From Selaginella moellendorffii (taxonomy: Eukaryota > Plantae > Lycopodiophyta), in NCBI RefSeq assembly GCF_000143415.4, contig NW_003314264.1, forward strand, positions 3,895,229 through 3,959,228: a DNA stretch of 64,000 nt. The letters run 5' to 3'. Positions 22,712 to 34,807 of the stretch are shown here, piece by piece; within the stretch, counting starts at the first letter, position 1; each line of letters opens with the position of its first letter. The notes under the pieces were generated by a model. It saw only the letters and a program-made list of their open reading frames with translations. It searched no databases and had not been told where the DNA came from. Position numbers and translations under genes: made by a program.

Positions 22712-23533
22712 ATGGCATTCATCGCGGCGGTGGAGATCAGGCTCAGGAAGATCGGGCTCCAAGCGGCGGCCAGAGGCGGAGGAATGCTTCGGTCGTCATG
22801 GCCATTGCTGCTCCTCGCCGCAATGGCCGCTCTCCTCGTCTCCCTCGGATCCTTCGACCACCTCTCGCTCATGGCGCATCGGCTGTCGCTGGACAGGCTT
22901 CCCCATCTCAGGGATTCCATCTTCGGCACGCAGCCCTTCCTCTTCCTCGTCCTCAATTCCGTGATCTTCGCCGTGCTCGCTCCCTCGGGCCTCTTCAAAG
23001 ATGGTTGCTCCTCCACTCCAGATGATCTCCCTTCGTCTACCCCGTGCTCTTCTCGCACTTCTTCTCTCTCTCGCACTGATTCGATGAATGGGTCGTCGCA
23101 CAGCACCACCACCGCAAAGTCTCTCGAAGAACAGTCATCCAAGAGCGATACTCCGGCTCCAGAGCCAGATCCAGCGCCGGCTTCACAACCGGAGGATCCA
23201 ATCGCCCCGAGCTCCACAGCAGATCTCTCGGGTCCGGCTCCAAGCCCCAGCACGGATTCTTCGCTCCCGGTCAAGGAGGTCCTCAAGAAATCGCCGAGGC
23301 CGAGCAATGTGAGCCCGCCCAAGTCGCGAGTGAAGCGCGTCAAGAAGATGCAAAAATCCGCGGCAGCTCCGAGCAAGCAAATGGTGGTGCCGGACATTGT
23401 CGAGGAGCATCCCAAAGATCCCGTGGGGGATCCCACGGATTCGCTCGAGGACGAGGATTTTAAGCGCTTCATCGATAGTTTCATCGCCCACACGCGACAC
23501 CAGATGCTGCTCCAGGAGAGAGAGTACGTCTGA
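22712..23533 (+). CDS. DUF4408/DUF761-like (cotton-fibre-protein-type) protein
   Basis: 273-aa intronless ORF. Hydrophobic PFLFLVLNSVIFAV segment, Ser/Pro-rich middle, C-terminal DFKRFIDSFIAHTRHQMLLQERE. Confidence 0.7.
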   Translation: MAFIAAVEIRLRKIGLQAAARGGGMLRSSWPLLLLAAMAALLVSLGSFDHLSLMAHRLSLDRLPHLRDSIFGTQPFLFLVLNSVIFAVLAPSGLFKDGCSSTPDDLPSSTPCSSRTSSLSRTDSMNGSSHSTTTAKSLEEQSSKSDTPAPEPDPAPASQPEDPIAPSSTADLSGPAPSPSTDSSLPVKEVLKKSPRPSNVSPPKSRVKRVKKMQKSAAAPSKQMVVPDIVEEHPKDPVGDPTDSLEDEDFKRFIDSFIAHTRHQMLLQEREYV

Positions 23534-24805
23534 AGCAATCCAGCGCAGCGGTGCCGCACGATCTAGGGCTTGGGAGAGATCGGACGCCTCACACACGCCC
23601 ATGTTTTTCTCCTTTTTTTTGCCACAGCTCTGTACAAAAGTGTTGATGGTGGGAGGGTAGGAACTCAACACAGTTTCTTGCTAGTTTTTTGAAAGCAAGA
23701 AAACTGCTATGCATATATTTTTTAGGCATAGATTTAGGAAGGCATAGCCAGCTTGTTGCAAAATAAAACATTTCTGGAAATAAAGAAAAGCAAAAAAAAT
23801 TAGTTAGGAAAACTCTGCTCCCGTTCCTGTTTGCTGATGAAAGATCTACACTAGATTAGCCATGGATTAACAAAGATTATGGGAATGTTCCAATTACACT
23901 TAAGAATTGAGGATTTTTCTTTGGAGGGTGATGGGCTGCTCGATCTCACCGACCATATTCGCGTGTTTGTTCGACGCCGTACGCTGCGTACGGAGGTGAC
24001 AACGACGACCGAGCAGGGTGTTTGGCTGTCTGATCGATTGATTCAAAGGCAGCAAAAGTTTAAGTTTACCGAGATCTTGTCATGTACCTTGAACGGAATA
24101 TTTCAAACATTCTCAGACGATTTCGTTTCGCTAAGCTAGCTTGAGGAACTTGTGTTTGGCCGCTTGCCATTGTCACCTTGCAATCGTATCGTGATCGATT
24201 GTAGCATATAGGCCGCGGTAGCCGAGGGGAGGTACAGAAACACGGGGGAATCCGATCGAATCCAACTGTGCTTGTCCCTCTTTTTCTTTTCTCCTTGAGA
24301 GGCCGCCAAAAGAGCAAGCAACGAGGAAAAGAGAAAAAAGAGATGATGCAGTGTTCGACCCCTGGCTCGATTCTTTGGTTTTGCTCGCTTGCTTGCTGAT
24401 AGAAAAGAAGTGAACGTTGACATGTACAGAGGTCTGCTTGTCCTTGGGAAGATAAAGAAGGAAGAAACTTTCTCTTTTTTCACTAATGGTCGAGGTGTGG
24501 TCCACACTGTCAGCCTGTGTTCCAATCTACTATAGAAATATCGACAAAGTAGAGTAACAAGAGAGGGAGCCACACTCCTCTCGTGCAATGATTATCGATC
24601 GCTAGCAGCTTTGTTCTCGAGCCAAAAGTCGGTCAATTCACTGAGAATTGTTAATGGCATCAGTGAAAAGCTATCTAGTTTCCAGTAGCTCGTCGCTCGC
24701 GCGAGAGTGCTATAACCATAAAATTACAAAAATCACAAGCTACCACATCATGAAACGATGAAAGCGAACTTAATCGTTTGGCGATCGTTTCACCACCTGA
24801 TACGT

Positions 24806-26119
24806 CTATGGTTCGATTAAGCACACAGGAACTGCGACTCGTTTCGCTCAATGAATCTGCCATGGCGTGTGAAGCAAACAAAACGAAACAGAAGAAGATT
24901 GCAACGGTTCACTTACAGCATTATCTCCCTCACTTTGTCTTCGAGCTCGGACACCTCTTTCTCCTTGAGCTGATCATACACGAGAAGCTCCGGGAGTTTG
25001 GCTGTTATCTAGGTGATTTGTTAAGAGGGCTTAAAGGTGGAAAGCTCATCACTTACGGAAGAGACGAAGCAAATGCTCGGCTCCATAGATCGTGGACGGT
25101 ACAACGTCGCTGTTGAGCGAAAGCAAGGTTGCGTATTGCTTCCGTTCTGCCGGGTACAAGAGCAAGTTCTTGAGAGTTCTGTCGAAGTAATACCGCAGGC
25201 CGTTTGAAACCTCGACGTCAATCCTGGAAGGCAAAAGTTTGCACAATGAAACTTGACGGCATTATATATACACCTCTCAGCTTTTCCTCTCTTGAGCATC
25301 CTGTGGTCTTGATACAATTTCAGAATGTCCTCCACGCTGGGTTTCTTGGGAAGTCTTGTGAGTTGGAGGTTCTCGATGCGATCCTTGTGATCCTGCAGAT
25401 GTCGCCGCAAAGTTCTCGGCAGAACAATCTAGCATCAGAAACGAAAAGAGACAAAGCAATAGTAAAGTAGCATTGAAAGAAACTACGGTACCTGAATTGG
25501 AAGAAGCTTCGCGTCCTGTTTTCCCAAATCGCTAGGGCTCTCGATTATAAACTCCTGTTTAGGAGTTTTTATCATCTTTCCCCTCTCAGCAGTGGCTCCC
25601 ACAGAAGGCCGACGCTTGCAACGCTTGGACTGCTCAACTTTGGAGATTTTGGACAGCGAGTCCGAAGGATTTGCCTCCTGCCGGTTCAATCCATCGCTGA
25701 AACCAAGCTCCTGCTTTACCTTTGGGGCGATCTTAAGCTGGCCCCTGACCTTCTCGTCGAAAATGCGATTGCTGCGAACCCACTCGTCAAATCTGCAAAA
25801 CCAAGAATCGAGGCCAAGAAAATTGTTGCCGAGATTAATATCAAAGGGTTACACTACTTTTTGCTCCATCCCTGCAAAAATACAGGACAATAAAAATCCA
25901 CTGACACATTTCTTGGTAGTCTCAAACAAACCGTGTAATGCACTAAATACCGCCAAGCATTCGCTCGAAACTTGATGTTGGTGACCTGCATTTGCCATGG
26001 GATCGCCAAGATCGCTAAAACCCTAGCTTCGAAACCTTTGAAATCACCTTGGCATTGTAGTAGAGCCCCCCATAAGAAACAAGCACATCGTCGCCATGCT
26101 TGAGCGCCGGAGGCTCCAT
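24806..26119 (-). CDS. MRG-family chromatin protein (chromo-barrel + MRG domain), multi-exon
   Basis: Spliced translation gives YGGLYYNAK..YLVHY..GWSKK|FDEWV, then LPKKPSVEDIL, GLRYYFDRTLKNLLLYPAERKQY, PSTIYGAEHLLRLF|PKLPELL. Confidence 0.88.
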
Positions 26120-26216
26120 GGACTCGAAATGGCGGGTACACTGACGTGGCAATGATGGCGTACAACTTCGTTTTGAAATTCATTCGCGTACCATTCTCTA
26201 TGTACGCACGTACGTA

Positions 26217-27816
26217 TTACGTCTCCATACACTCGAGGGAGTAGCCAGCTACGTGCGAGCAGACGGAGCCAGCCGGCGTGCCGGGGTTGGCCAGCGTCAG
26301 CTCCACGTCACGGAAGCGGATGTCCGTATATGTGGTCGCGCTGGCGCACTGGAGGCTGATTCCGTACGGCGAGGCCGAGGTGCCCCGGATGTTTGAGAAT
26401 GTGATGTTGCTGATCTCCAGAGAGGTTCCCTGCAAGTCGCGGTAAGCTTTATCTGTTGAGTGGCAGTAAGCTTTCGGGTGAAACTTACCTGGTTCTGGCA
26501 ATTCTGGGCACCATTACAGTAGTTTTGTAATCGGGTTCTTCACGTTGTTCATCACAATATCATCGAAAACAACATTCCTCACACAACCAGAGCCACCCTG
26601 GTTGCTCACAGTTTAGCAACAAAAGCAAGGATATCACAGTGCTGATCCGTACGCCGTGGCTCCGCCAGATTTTGATTCCTTGGACCAAAACATTGGTCAC
26701 CGTGTCGAAAGACCCGCCCTTTCCAAGGCTGCCGATGCTGATTCCATGCCCAGGCCCGCATCTACTGTTGGTCACCTTGACGTTGTCGCTCCCACTCACA
26801 ATCGACACACAGTCGTCACCTTTTCAAGTAGAACTTTCAGTAGATCAATTGAAGGGTCTTACTCACCAGCCGAGACGTCTGCCTTGTCAATGACAATGTT
26901 GGTGGTTCCAGAGACGTGGATTCCATCGGTGTTCGGGCTGTCCCCGGGGGAATCAATCACGACATTCACAGCCTCAACAACATCCGACTTAACATCCGAC
27001 TTAGAGAATGTGAGGTGGATTTGAGGGGGTGTTCCGAACGGTGGTGCCATCGACCTTGATGTTCTTGCCACCGCTAAACCTGATACCCTGCGCCGCAAAC
27101 ACAGTGGAAACTTATCGATAATCTGAGCTTGGCTTACCGTTGGAGCATCACCGTCACTGCAACCCTGGGAAAGAAAAGATTCAGTCATCGTTGCATACAA
27201 TGGAGAGAGTACCTGTGTTTTGTTGCGTTTGCAAGACTGCGCCCACCAATCAGCGCCATTCCCGTTGTACGTGCCGCCAATCAACGTGAAGTCCGTCACC
27301 CCCACGAATTCGAGCCAAACTTTTGCAGCTGACTCGGCTAGCCAACGCGCTTCTAGGGTTGGCATGGAGGGTGGCGTTTACCTGGCCAACCAAACTTTAA
27401 AATTCGCTTCAACCATTGACCAGCGTTTGTGACATTAGAGCACTTCTCAAATACAATGGGCGTGAGGTAATATCTGCCTGTCATGTAAAGAATGGTGATG
27501 CTAGCCCTGTTGCCTTGAGTGCATGCAGTTATACATTAAGAAGAAAAAAGAAAAAATAAACAAAAATGATAAGCAAAGCACACCAACTTGAGAATCATCA
27601 TAGACTCCATTCCCCAAAGCTCCAAACTCAATCACATTGAAGTTTGAAGATGAGGGAGTGGGAGACTTCTTTGGGGGGGGGGGAGAGGGGAATTCTTTGG
27701 CAAATGTTTTGCAATGGACGAGGAGATTGATTTGGTGACGGGGTAGCATCTATCCTTGAGAATGGATCTAAAACAACAGCAATCAACAAAAGTATTAGAG
27801 TTCTTTTACTTGCCAT
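26217..27816 (-). pseudogene. Polygalacturonase (GH28), probably a pseudogene
   Basis: Signal peptide; NVIEFGALGNG, SPNTDGIH, DDCVSI and GPGHGISIGSLG motifs. Apparent frameshifts near the poly-G at ~27673 and at ~27025; the RIK motif reads RIS. Confidence 0.75.
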
Positions 27817-28666
27817 TGCCCCCAGCAGAATAGACCAGAAGTTGCAAGTATATATCTTAATCTCCCTAAAAATATGTGTTTTAACTACTGTATTATGCGT
27901 AGTTTTACTTTTATGAATGATTAGGCTTGTTATATCTCCATCAATTTTTTTTTAAACGGAAAAAGAGGGAACACAGACCAAAAATTTGTCTTACCTCTTC
28001 TTTGAAAGTGCAAGCTAGTATGTAAAGCAAGGCTACCTGCATGGTCATTGAACTCGAACCAAGTCGGCCGATCGGAAACGCCGGACGTTTGACATAACGT
28101 CGGATGGGAGCACTCGACCTCGCTCCACAAGAAGGCACACTTGAAGAACGGGAAAAAACGGGGGACATGTCGGTGATCTAATCCCAGCCTGCGAAGTCTG
28201 TCGTTAGCAACATCTTGGACAAACCCCGCAACAGCAAGAACAACACTGGAAAGTCGTCGCTAGCATATCACCCAAATGATTCAAGATCTGAAACATTGCA
28301 CTCGCAGCAGATTAACGAACATAAAACCATTCTGTTGGCCATAGATACAACAAACTCTAAAATCTAAAAGATAATGTATGCTGTTTCTGTGTGGAGCATT
28401 CCATTTCTCCAGCATGTCTGCTACACTTTCATGGCCCGGCGCGAGGATGCGACTCAGGAAACCCCTTCATCTCGGCCGTCCGCATTATGGAATTTTGCTG
28501 CCACTCCGGAGACCAAAACACTCCTGCAAAACTTTGCTAACAAAAACGTGATACTCTCAAAAGCTTTCTTCGCAGCTTACAAAAATTCAATCCTCGTGAT
28601 TTTCAAGGAAAAAACTTTTTTTTACCATATGCCCATCCAAGAAACAATATCCCTCAGGTAAAGAAG

Positions 28667-29585
28667 GCCTCCCATTAAACACCATTCTGTTTCACTCTCT
28701 CTCCACCTAGCTGGCAATGATGTGGCGGATTACATGGCACTTCTCTCTTTCCCCTCCCGTCCGTCCGAAGACTGTGGTCTTTCTCGGCTTTTGACCGGCA
28801 CTTCTTTGACGTCCTGGAGTTTGGAAGCATTTTTTCTATTGTTTGTCTTTCACAGAGAAAGAAAAGAACTTGAATAGCGAGACAATGGCATAGCTATCTC
28901 CACCACATTTGATTCCTCTCCATGACAACAAAGCTGAGCAAGGACCATTGCCCATCCACCTGCAAAGTTCCAGTGGCTCCCCAAGAGTGTGCTTGAAAGC
29001 TTGCAAGGCATCTATTTGAAAAATACGACTAAGGATGATCCAAGAGGAGAAGACTATGTAGCATTTACTAGCTCCAGGCTTTGCAAAGATGAAGAGCAGA
29101 GAAGGCTGTGCAAAGATGCCCATATTCCATGATGCCAGAGCTAACAGTACCATTGAGCTCCACAAACTCATAGAAACTTCCATATGATCGTTGTTGCTGC
29201 CCCTTGAGAGCAAAAAACAAGAGCGCTTCCAACCTAGCTGGCGTCGCTGCTGCTGCTTGGGTCGACCAGCATTTCCATTCCAAAGAAGAACCTAAAACCC
29301 CCTAGAGAAGAGGGTATCCCAAAGTCCCCCAATCCAGAGGAGCAAAGCAAAAGGAGAAATACACACTAGTTAGCATTGGACACAAAGGAAAAAAAACCCT
29401 CTTCTCTCCCTTCTCTGTCCTGTGAAAAAGACTTTGGTCCAAGTTAAAGTGATTGGAAGTAATGTAGTGTGGCAGCAGGAGAGAGAGAGAGTCGGACGGG
29501 AGTGGAAAGAGAGAAGTGCCATGTAATCTCATCATTGCCAACTAGGTGGAGAGAGAGTGAAACAGGATGGTGTTTAACGGGAGGC
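28667..29585. mobile_element. Non-autonomous Mutator-like element (Pack-MULE-like), 919 bp
   Basis: Terminal inverted repeats 28667-28763 and 29493-29585 (~95 bp). Perfect 9-bp TSD GTAAAGAAG (28658-28666, 29586-29594). No transposase. Confidence 0.88.
28870..29015 (-). pseudogene. Captured fragment resembling an LRR N-terminal cap (LRRNT_2)
   Basis: DALQAFKHTLGEPLELCRWMGNGPCSALLSWRGIKC matches the ALxxFK..W....C...WxGVxC pattern. Confidence 0.6.
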
Positions 29586-29738
29586 GTAAAGAAGTGCTCT
29601 GCCTTGTCAAAATGGCTGTGGTTGAAAATCGGAATCAAAGCATGATCAAGATGCCCGTTAGTAATGGCTAAAGACAAGGAGGTCCACATTCTTGTTTTAG
29701 GGTTCATGCGCTAGGGTTCTGGATCACGATGAGAGGCG

Positions 29739-32228
29739 ATGCGAGTTCTCCTCGCCTCCAGCAGCAGCCGCGGCTTGAAGCGGTGCCTCCACACCGCCAG
29801 CTTAGATCGTTCCGACATCGCCTCCGCCGTGCTGGATCTCGAGAAACAGGCGGTGCGGGCAGAGAATGCGACCTACGCACGGCTCCTCCAGCGCTGCGCA
29901 CGGGCCCAAGCGCTACCCGAGGGCAGAAAGATCCATTCCCTGGCTGTCAAGCACAATCTCTTGCCCGGAAATCTCATCCTGGGCAACCATATTGTGAGTA
30001 TGTATGCTCATTGTGACAGCCCCGGGGATGCCAAGGCCGCTTTCGACGCCTTGGAGCAGCGCAATCTCTACTCGTGGACAGGGCTGGTCGCGGCCTTCGC
30101 GATCTCCGGCCAGAGCAAGGAGACGCTGCGAGCTCTGGAGAGGATGCGGCAGGATGGTGTTCGTCCTGATGCAGTGACTTTCATCACTGCCTTGGGCTCT
30201 TGCGGCGATCCAGAGAGTCTGCGGGATGGGATCCGGATCCACCAGATGGTGGTGGACAGCCGCCTGGAGATCGATCCCAAGGTGAGCAATGCGCTGCTCA
30301 ACATGTATAAGAAGTGTGGAAGTCTCTCCCACGCCAAGAGGGTCTTTGCAAAGATGGAGAGAACGAGGAACGTGATAAGCTGGAGTATCATGGCCGGGGC
30401 TCACGCTCTCCACGGAAATGTCTGGGAGGCTCTTCGCCACTTTCGATTCATGCTGCTGCTGGGTATCAAGGCCACCAAGTCGGCCATGGTGACGATCCTC
30501 AGCGCTTGCTCCAGTCCGGCCCTCGTCCAAGATGGTCGGCTGATCCACTCGTGCATCGCTCTCTCCGGGTTTGAGTCGGAGCTCCTCGTTGCCAACGCGG
30601 TGATGACCATGTATGGACGCTGTGGAGCTGTGGAGGAGGCGAGGAAGGTCTTTGACGCCATGGACGAAGCTCTCCGGGACGTGGTCTCGTGGAATATCAT
30701 GCTCTCGGCCTATGTACACAATGATCGAGGTAAGGATGCAATTCAGCTCTACCAGAGGATGCAACTGAGAGCTGACAAGGTGACATACGTTTCGTTGCTC
30801 AGCGCGTGCTCTAGCGCTGAGGATGTTGGACTGGGACGAGTTCTCCACAAGCAGATCGTCAACGATGAGCTCGAGAAGAATGTGATCGTCGGGAACGCGC
30901 TCGTTTCGATGTACGCGAAGTGTGGAAGTCACACGGAAGCTCGAGCTGTTTTTGACAAGATGGAGCAGCGGAGCATTATCTCTTGGACAACGATCATCTC
31001 GGCTTACGTGAGGCGGAGGCTGGTTGCGGAGGCTTGCCACCTTTTCCAGCAGATGCTGGAACTGGAGAAGAACGGGTCCTCTCAGCGAGTAAAGCCCGAC
31101 GCTCTGGCATTTGTCACGATTCTTAACGCTTGCGCCGACGTCTCGGCACTGGAGCAAGGGAAGATGGTGTCCGAGCAAGCCGCTAGCTGTGGATTAAGCT
31201 CGGACAAGGCCGTCGGGACTGCAGTGGTGAATCTGTATGGGAAGTGTGGAGAGATCGAGGAGGGTCGCAGGATTTTCGACGGGGTTTGTAGTAGGCCAGA
31301 CGTCCAGCTCTGGAACGCGATGATCGCGGTGTACGCTCAATTTGGACAGAGTCACGAGGCGCTTAAGCTGTTTTGGAGGATGGAGATGGAGGGCGTGAGG
31401 CCGGATAGCTTCAGCTTCGTGAGCATTCTCCTGGCGTGCAGCCACACGGGGCTGGAAGATCAAGGAAAGAGCTACTTCACTTCCATGACGACCGAGTACA
31501 GGAACGTGACGCGAACGATCCAGCACTTTGGCTGCGTGGCTGATCTTCTCGGTCGCGGTGGCAGGCTGAAAGAGGCCGAGGAGTTTCTGGAAAAGCTTCC
31601 GGTGAAGCCCGATGCTGTGGCCTGGACGTCGCTGCTGGCCGCTTGTCGGAACCACAGGGACTTGAAACGAGCGAAGGAAGTGGCCAACAAGCTGTTGAGG
31701 CTGGAACCGAGGTGTGCCACGGGATACGTAGCGCTGTCCAACATCTATGCCGAGCTCCAGAAGTGGCACGCCGTGGCTAAAGTCCGGAAGTTCATGGCCG
31801 AGCAAGGCGTGAAGAAAGAGCGTGGCGTGAGCACCATCGAAATTGGCAAGTATATGCATGACTTTGCCACCGGCGACGACGCTCATCCTCGGAACCGTGA
31901 GATACGTGAGGAGCTTGCGAAGCTCCACTCGCAGATGAAGGAATGTGGCTATGTCCCGGATACCAAGATGGTGCTCCACTTTGTGGACGAGCAGGAAAAG
32001 GAGAGGCTGCTCTTCTCGCACAGTGAGAGGCTGGCTATAGCTCTGGGTCTCATCTCGACTCCTCTCGGAACTCCTCTGCGAGTCACGAAGAATCTCCGGG
32101 TGTGTAGTGACTGTCACACCGCAACCAAGCTGATCTCCAAGATCGCTGGAAGAAAGATTGTGGTCCGAGATCCAACTCGGTTCCATCTTTTCAAGGATGG
32201 CAAGTGTTCCTGCCAGGATTATTGGTGA
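29739..32228 (+). CDS. PLS-class PPR-DYW protein (candidate C-to-U editing factor)
   Basis: 829-aa intronless ORF with many PPR motifs and HSERLAIA...KNLRVCSDCH...GKCSCQDYW. Confidence 0.95.
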   Translation: MRVLLASSSSRGLKRCLHTASLDRSDIASAVLDLEKQAVRAENATYARLLQRCARAQALPEGRKIHSLAVKHNLLPGNLILGNHIVSMYAHCDSPGDAKAAFDALEQRNLYSWTGLVAAFAISGQSKETLRALERMRQDGVRPDAVTFITALGSCGDPESLRDGIRIHQMVVDSRLEIDPKVSNALLNMYKKCGSLSHAKRVFAKMERTRNVISWSIMAGAHALHGNVWEALRHFRFMLLLGIKATKSAMVTILSACSSPALVQDGRLIHSCIALSGFESELLVANAVMTMYGRCGAVEEARKVFDAMDEALRDVVSWNIMLSAYVHNDRGKDAIQLYQRMQLRADKVTYVSLLSACSSAEDVGLGRVLHKQIVNDELEKNVIVGNALVSMYAKCGSHTEARAVFDKMEQRSIISWTTIISAYVRRRLVAEACHLFQQMLELEKNGSSQRVKPDALAFVTILNACADVSALEQGKMVSEQAASCGLSSDKAVGTAVVNLYGKCGEIEEGRRIFDGVCSRPDVQLWNAMIAVYAQFGQSHEALKLFWRMEMEGVRPDSFSFVSILLACSHTGLEDQGKSYFTSMTTEYRNVTRTIQHFGCVADLLGRGGRLKEAEEFLEKLPVKPDAVAWTSLLAACRNHRDLKRAKEVANKLLRLEPRCATGYVALSNIYAELQKWHAVAKVRKFMAEQGVKKERGVSTIEIGKYMHDFATGDDAHPRNREIREELAKLHSQMKECGYVPDTKMVLHFVDEQEKERLLFSHSERLAIALGLISTPLGTPLRVTKNLRVCSDCHTATKLISKIAGRKIVVRDPTRFHLFKDGKCSCQDYW

Positions 32229-34807
32229 CAGGTTCGACACATTCAATATATCTTGTTTAATAACAGGGAGTTCATTGCAGGCTCGAAGCAATCACCCTCG
32301 TGATCCAGAGCTCCGGCTTCCCTCTTGCCACTTCGAGGCAGCGTCGTAGCGCATTAGTTCCATCGTTTCTCGTGGAAACCAGATCTCCAGCCGGCAAGAG
32401 CGCCGCCCCAGCACTCTAAACCGTCCTGCTGTATAATCCTGGAAGCAACACCTTATTGGAAAGTGGATCTTCTCCGTTCTCTCGGGAGTGATCGGTAAGA
32501 GGCCGGTGCCAGTCCATCCGACTCCATTAGTATTATTTCAAAAGCAACAGCAAAAACCGCTATGCCATTACGCAACTTGATCTGATCAAACGTTCATTCA
32601 CCCGGAAGAAAGGCTCTCGCTCCGCGTTCTTCGTCTACTTTTTTTTAAATTTCCAAAACCGTAACTAACCCCTTTGCGGGGTTAAACTCTGCCGCGTGGC
32701 GTTTTGGACGGTATAGATTAAGGGCCAAAGACTCAAATCGATGGTACGGGAGCGCGCAAGTTGGCAAGGCAAGTAACAAAAGAGAGCGCGAGAAGAAACA
32801 CAAAGTTGGCCAACCCCCTCAAGAGGGTAAAGAGTCAACCTGCAAAGATCAGGCAAGTCTAGCCATAGTATTACTCTAAACATGAGTCCACCATTCCCTT
32901 TCTGTAGGGTGTGCTGCTCGTTCCATGGCTCCACAACCCCAGGTGCTCCTCCATTCGCTCATGAATTGTAATAAGTTAGTAAGATTTTATATTTCTACAC
33001 AATAAAATCTTTTTATGTCTCTAATATACCTTTTATTTAAATTCAAGAAACAGCTTGAAAAGGATAAACTTCTACCCATATTCTTCTCTTATAAAAATCT
33101 TAAGACTTCTTGTTTGTGTATGAATTAAGGGTTGGGGGTGGCCACCACCTGTAGCAAAGATGAAGTTGGAGTCAGTGACATTGGTATTTAGTTCTGCTTC
33201 CTAAAATAACAATTTTGAAAATGTGGGAGAGGCTTTTGAAATGGATCTGAAGTTAATTTTCAAGCTGATGAACACTGTATAAAAGATGCCAGTCAGCTTC
33301 TCACCAAATATTGGAGTTGCTCTAGTTGGATTTCTGATTTGTTCATCAGCTTTGACAATAGTATCCAATACACTTTATTCCCACACTTCTCAAAATACTG
33401 AATACAAAAAGAAAACCTGTATTAGTAATAAGTAAAGTTAAACCTTGACTACAAATTTTAAGAGCAGGACAATCTCAACCATTGGATTGAAAAATATACC
33501 AGAAGCATATTTAAGATATTGTTAAACTGTATTCTTATAAGATAATCATTCTATGTTGCTTATACAATCTTAAACCATTTACTTTTACTGTTTACTCTGT
33601 TTGATCATGATTTGCCATAAGAAAATATCAAATATATTATTATGGTGTTAGAGGGAAATAAAACAATTTTATGGTGTACCAATATGTAAACCAAAGATAG
33701 TCCATAACCTCTGAAACATCACTATAAGAAAGCAGCCAAGATGCATTAGCAACATTGTAATCTAGAGGCAATAAATCTTTGTTCTTTCAGGGCTCACTTG
33801 TTTTTTACCCTAGTAGTTTTGGGATATGATCTAGTTGCAAAGAGGAAATTCCATCGACTTGCAAATAAGGTATGAGATACATCTATACTTTGCCACTGCC
33901 ACCAACTGAAAATGCATCTCCTTGTCACTACTTTGATGAGTGACTTTTGGTGCCTAGAATATAGTTAATGCAGCCCAAGACTAAATCTAGAGGGACCTTC
34001 CCCACTATGAAAAGTTGGTAAAAACATTCAAATGTTTATAAACACTGTAATTATTGATTTAAACATTAGAAAATTGGATTTTGAAGAGGAACAACATGTA
34101 GATTCAGCAAGAAAAAGAAGAATGAATTGCAAAGATTATTCTGGCCACTTAGAGATAGCTCTTGAGAAGAGATGGAAAAGAACTCGATAGGGAATTCCTC
34201 ATTGCAGCAGCATGTTTCCCATGCCTTGACACTCTTGGGACATTCTTGCCTAACTTTAGCCCCAAGTTTAGTAGGAGGAGCCAGATTTTTATGCAGCAAG
34301 AATTACCAAGGTTGCTAGACAGTGATAAGTAGTGATCAATGGTCACATATTATGACATGAAAAGGCTGAAAGGGTAAGGAAGTTTATCAAGGTACACTTG
34401 AAACTTATAAGAATACCATAGTGAAGATGGTCAAGTACACAAAGTTTCCAGATAGCAATGGAATGATGATAAATGGTCAAGAGACTGAAAAGTGCAAAGT
34501 GAGAGGATAAGATTACTAGTTTACTAGAGATGATTTTTCATTTAATTTTCTTACACACCAAAGTGTTCTTTTTCCTCAAGATAGATAAACTGTTATTAAT
34601 ATTATTGATTTTTTTATAATTAATAAGTTTTTCTTTTTGGAATCAGCAAACCATGATTGTTGTTGCACAGAAATATAATTATTAGAATAAATTATTGAAT
34701 TTTTTGTTGGTCATCAAACACCAAGAAGTCTTGGTGTATAACCAGTACCAATGAAAACAAAAGAAAAATGAAAAAAAGTCCAAAATGCAAGCATATTCTT
34801 CTTTTAT

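Noticed and set aside
32930-34800. AT-rich, CpG-depleted tract (also 37400-40300 and 57200-58400)
   Set aside because: Probably old TE debris, but no termini or domain could be supported.
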